From NCBI RefSeq assembly GCF_044324875.1, contig NZ_CP172185.1: a stretch of 64,000 nucleotides of DNA; one strand, given 5' to 3'. The notes under the pieces are model-generated. The model was not told the origin of the DNA. It saw only the letters and a program-made list of their open reading frames with translations, and did not search any database. The translations under genes were made by a program, and so were the position numbers. Of the stretch, positions 60,493 to 64,000 are shown piece by piece. Each line of letters opens with the position of its first letter. The first letter of the stretch is position 1. This stretch comes from Escherichia coli. GTDB lineage: Bacteria; Pseudomonadota; Gammaproteobacteria; Enterobacterales; Enterobacteriaceae.

Positions 60493-60792
60493 TTATTCTG
60501 CTTTATCAATAGGCGGGATAGCCGGAGGAGATTGAAGATCTGCTACCGAATTATTGCGCGCTTCCAGTTCACTGATGCGCTGCTCCAGTAATGCCAGTTT
60601 CTCACGAGTCCGTAACAGGACTTGCGTCTGTACGTCGAATTCTTCGCGGCTCACCAGATCGAGACGCGTCAGCTGCGCTTGTAGGGTTTGGCGGATTTTT
60701 TTCTCCACATCTTCCCCGAACTCCCTGATTCCTTTAGGCATTGATTCGTGAACCTGGCGAGCGATTTGCTCAATTTTTTTCGGGTCAATCAT
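60493..60792 (-). CDS. ubiK: Ubiquinone biosynthesis accessory factor UbiK (YqiC), coiled-coil
   Basis: Track ORF 60493..60852; start taken at ATG 60790-60792 ([29 protein letters not shown]...). Confidence 0.8.
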   Translation of the reverse strand: MIDPKKIEQIARQVHESMPKGIREFGEDVEKKIRQTLQAQLTRLDLVSREEFDVQTQVLLRTREKLALLEQRISELEARNNSVADLQSPPAIPPIDKAE

Positions 60793-60904
60793 TGTAGTTT
60801 CCCTGTACTGATAGGTGTTGAATGCCATTGTAGTGCGATAAGGGTAAGTCATAAACCAGAATTATGTGAAGCTATGCGTTGCTGCCGCTAATCATTAGCG
60901 TTAT

Positions 60905-61165
60905 AGTGAACCCGCTTATTCTCAGGGCGGGGCGAAATTCCCCACCGGCGGTAAATCAACTCAGTTGAAAGCCCGCGAGCGCTTTGGGTGCGAACTCAAA
61001 GGACAGCAGATCCGGTGTAATTCCGGGGCCGACGGTTAGAGTCCGGATGGGAGAGAGTAACGATTCTGTCGGGCATGGACCCGCTCACGTTATTTTGGCT
61101 ATATGCCGCCACTCCTAAGACTGCCCTGATTCTGGTAACCATAATTTTAGTGAGGTTTTTTTACC
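60905..61165 (+). promoter_or_regulatory. FMN riboswitch (RFN element) leader of ribB
   Basis: Conserved RFN segments AGGGCGGGGCGAAATTCCCCACCGGCGGTAAA ... AGCCCGCGAGCGC ... GGACAGCAGATCCGGTGTAATTCCGGGGCCGACGGTTAGAGTCCGGATGGGAGAGAG upstream of ribB ATG. Confidence 0.8.
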
Positions 61166-61819
61166 ATGAATCAGACGCTACTTTCCTCTTTTGGTACGCC
61201 TTTCGAACGTGTTGAAAATGCACTGGCTGCGCTGCGTGAAGGACGCGGTGTAATGGTGCTTGATGATGAAGACCGTGAAAACGAAGGCGATATGATCTTC
61301 CCGGCAGAAACCATGACCGTTGAGCAGATGGCGCTGACCATTCGCCACGGTAGCGGTATTGTTTGCCTGTGCATTACTGAAGATCGCCGTAAACAACTCG
61401 ATCTGCCAATGATGGTAGAAAATAACACCAGCGCCTATGGCACCGGTTTTACCGTGACCATTGAAGCGGCTGAAGGTGTGACTACCGGTGTTTCTGCCGC
61501 TGACCGTATTACGACCGTTCGCGCAGCGATTGCCGATGGCGCAAAACCTTCTGATCTGAATCGCCCGGGCCACGTTTTCCCACTTCGCGCGCAGGCAGGT
61601 GGAGTACTGACGCGTGGCGGTCATACTGAAGCAACTATTGATCTAATGACGCTGGCAGGCTTTAAACCGGCTGGTGTGCTGTGTGAGCTGACTAATGACG
61701 ATGGCACGATGGCGCGTGCACCAGAGTGCATTGAGTTTGCCAATAAACACAATATGGCGCTCGTGACTATTGAAGATCTGGTGGCATACCGTCAGGCACA
61801 TGAGCGTAAAGCCAGCTGA
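61166..61819 (+). CDS. ribB: 3,4-dihydroxy-2-butanone-4-phosphate synthase RibB
   Basis: Track ORF 217 aa [42 protein letters not shown]... Confidence 0.9.
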   Translation: MNQTLLSSFGTPFERVENALAALREGRGVMVLDDEDRENEGDMIFPAETMTVEQMALTIRHGSGIVCLCITEDRRKQLDLPMMVENNTSAYGTGFTVTIEAAEGVTTGVSAADRITTVRAAIADGAKPSDLNRPGHVFPLRAQAGGVLTRGGHTEATIDLMTLAGFKPAGVLCELTNDDGTMARAPECIEFANKHNMALVTIEDLVAYRQAHERKAS

Positions 61820-61851
61820 AAACCGCTGCTTAATTTACTGCCTTAATCAAG

Positions 61852-61886
61852 AAACCGAAGTTGTAGCAGGCTTCGGTTTTTATTTT
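61852..61886 (+). terminator. Intrinsic terminator after ribB
   Basis: AACCGAAG-TTGTAGCAGG-CTTCGGTT followed by TTTTATTTTT. Confidence 0.65.
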
Positions 61887-62080
61887 TCCCTGCTATGCAA
61901 GATGTTAATTCCGCTTCTCTTTCTATGAGAAAATTTCATTAATATCAGGCATTCTTTTTCATTATGATCAAAATCATATAATTGTTCCGTTATTATGCGA
62001 CCATATGAATATATCCGAAAAAGGATATGTGAAATTTATGCGCTAAATGTTTAGTATTGTTAAATATTAAGGGTAAAAGG

Positions 62081-62251
62081 ATGTTTATCGCCTGGTACTG
62101 GATTGTATTGATTGCTCTGGTTGTGGTGGGTTATTTCCTGCATTTAAAACGTTATTGTCGGGCGTTTCGCCAGGATAGAGACGCACTGCTTGAAGCGCGG
62201 AACAAATACTTAAACAGTACGAGAGAAGAGACAGCCGAAAAGGTAGAATAA
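62081..62251 (+). CDS. Candidate small single-TM membrane protein (56 aa)
   Basis: Track ORF 62057..62251 begins at TTG; ATG at 62081 gives MFIAWYWIVLIALVVVGYFLHLKRYCRAFRQDRDALLEARNKYLNSTREETAEKVE; AT-rich upstream region; own hairpin terminator 62269-62310. Confidence 0.4.
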   Translation: MFIAWYWIVLIALVVVGYFLHLKRYCRAFRQDRDALLEARNKYLNSTREETAEKVE

Positions 62252-62308
62252 GACTTTAGTGAAGCTGACAGAAGTTGTCCATGCGCTGGACAACTTCTGA
62301 TGTTGCTT

Positions 62309-63082
62309 TTAACCAATTCCCGCCGTTTGTAGCAGCACTAAACTGAATCCCATCACTGACATTCCACATAGTACGCCATAGCTGGGGTTATTATTAGGGT
62401 CAATCTCTTTGGCGAGCGGCATTAATTCATCAACCGAGAGCGCCACCATAATTCCTGCAACCGCCGCCATGATTGCCGCCATGACCACCGGGGAAATCAT
62501 GCTACCGAGGATTAACCACGCCAGCACACCACCAAGAATTTCTGCCAGTCCAGAAATCCCCGCCCACAGAATCGCGGTACGTTTCGATCCTGTTGCAGCG
62601 TAAACCGGCCCTGCAACGGCCAGACCTTCAGGAATATTGTGCAACGCTACGGCCAGGGCGATACCAAATCCCAGCTCCAGGTTGCTGCTCGCCGTGACAA
62701 AGGTGGCAATCCCTTCCGGGAAGTTATGCAGACTGATACCGAGAGTGAGCAGAATGGCTGTGCGCTTGATCGATTTTGGCAACGGCTGCACCGATTTTTG
62801 CATTAAATCCTGCGGATGCGCATGTGGCAACATGCGGTCCAGGCCAAAATAGCCAAGCAGACCGAAGATAAACATTCCATAACCCAACACAGGCGACATT
62901 CCTTCAGCTGCTAGTGCGGCAGGAAGCATTTCCATTAATGAGATGAGCAACATGATCCCCGCCGCAAATCCTAGCGAAAACGCCAGTAAGCGGTTCGAGG
63001 GTTTTTGCCCGAGAACGCCGAGAAACGCGCCAATAAACGTGGCTGCCCCCGCCAGTATGGTCAGAATGAGAGGTACTGACAT
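62309..63082 (-). CDS. zupT: Zinc transporter ZupT (ZIP family)
   Basis: Track ORF 62309..63124; start at ATG 63080-63082 ([29 protein letters not shown]...), 257 aa. Confidence 0.85.
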
Positions 63083-63224
63083 CGACAACTCCTTATAAAT
63101 CTTCACCTTCAGGCAGATCGTCAAAATAACTGATGATCATCATCATTGTTATCCGGGTTCTTACTCCGCCGAACAAGCGTATTGTGAGGATATCAAAATG
63201 ACACCTTTAGTTAAGGATATCATC

Positions 63225-64000
63225 ATGTCTTCAACACGTATGCCAGCATTGTTTTTAGGTCACGGTAGTCCGATGAACGTGCTGGAAGATAATTTGTATA
63301 CCCGCAGCTGGCAGAAGTTGGGGATGACATTGCCACGCCCGCAAGCGATTGTGGTGGTTTCGGCTCACTGGTTTACCCGTGGAACAGGAGTGACCGCGAT
63401 GGAGACGCCGCCCACGATTCATGACTTTGGTGGCTTCCCGCAGGCGCTGTACGACACGCATTATCCTGCTCCGGGTTCGCCTGCGCTGGCACAGCATCTG
63501 GTTGAGCTGTTAGCGCCGGTCCCGGTGACGCTGGATAAAGAAGCCTGGGGCTTTGACCACGGCTCGTGGGGCGTGCTGATTAAGATGTATCCTGACGCCG
63601 ATATCCCGATGGTGCAGTTGAGTATCGACAGTAGCAAACCTGCTGCCTGGCATTTCGAAATGGGGCGCAAACTGGCAGCGCTGCGAGATGAAGGAATAAT
63701 GTTGGTCGCCAGCGGTAACGTGGTGCATAACCTGCGCACAGTGAAGTGGCACGGTGATAGTTCACCGTATCCGTGGGCGACGTCGTTTAATGAGTATGTG
63801 AAAGCGAATCTGACGTGGCAAGGGCCGGTAGAGCAGCATCCTCTGGTGAATTATCTCGACCATGAAGGTGGCGCGTTATCGAACCCAACGCCAGAGCACT
63901 ATCTGCCGTTGTTGTATGTCTTAGGTGCGTGGGATGGGCAGGAGCCAATTACCATTCCGGTCGATGGTATAGAAATGGGCAGTTTAAGTATGTTGTCGGT
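63225..64000 (+). CDS. ygiD: 4,5-DOPA dioxygenase extradiol-like protein YgiD, N-terminal ~258 codons (runs off window end)
   Basis: ATG 63225 with SD AAGGAT; translation MSSTRMPALFLGHGSPMNVLEDNLYTRSWQKLG... open to the window end; not in track because incomplete. Confidence 0.8.
   Translation, partial: MSSTRMPALFLGHGSPMNVLEDNLYTRSWQKLGMTLPRPQAIVVVSAHWFTRGTGVTAMETPPTIHDFGGFPQALYDTHYPAPGSPALAQHLVELLAPVPVTLDKEAWGFDHGSWGVLIKMYPDADIPMVQLSIDSSKPAAWHFEMGRKLAALRDEGIMLVASGNVVHNLRTVKWHGDSSPYPWATSFNEYVKANLTWQGPVEQHPLVNYLDHEGGALSNPTPEHYLPLLYVLGAWDGQEPITIPVDGIEMGSLSMLS

Noticed and set aside
62057-62080. TTG start at 62057 for the small membrane ORF
   Set aside because: The downstream ATG at 62081 gives a product starting directly with the hydrophobic helix; the upstream 8 codons are AT-rich and likely promoter/5' UTR.

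Overview
This window reads as a chromosomal segment of Escherichia coli or a very close relative, in reverse orientation relative to the K-12 map as I remember it, running from yqjF through exuRT-uxaCA, sstT, alx, fadH, the ebg operon, patA, aer, rpoD-dnaG-rpsU, the ttd operon, glnE-hldE and yqiJK to zupT-ygiD. All gene calls rest on my recognition of the translated ORFs and of gene order; no database search was run. It is dense core/housekeeping DNA: about 62 protein genes, tRNA ileX, two riboswitch leaders (yybP-ykoY type before alx, FMN type before ribB), the higBA type II toxin-antitoxin pair, two tandem ibs/Sib type I toxin-antitoxin copies, and several REP/BIME elements. I found no IS element, integrase, prophage gene or CRISPR array. 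The strongest candidate for something undescribed is a REP-flanked ~2.1 kb interval between fadH and ygjK carrying a 513-codon ORF built from three diverged in-frame tandem repeats, with no protein family I can recognise. The second point is that glgS and ubiK sit 34 bp apart, so the ygiL-yqiGHI fimbrial cluster that I recall at this position in K-12 appears absent. Coordinates for sRNAs, operators and terminators are approximate.
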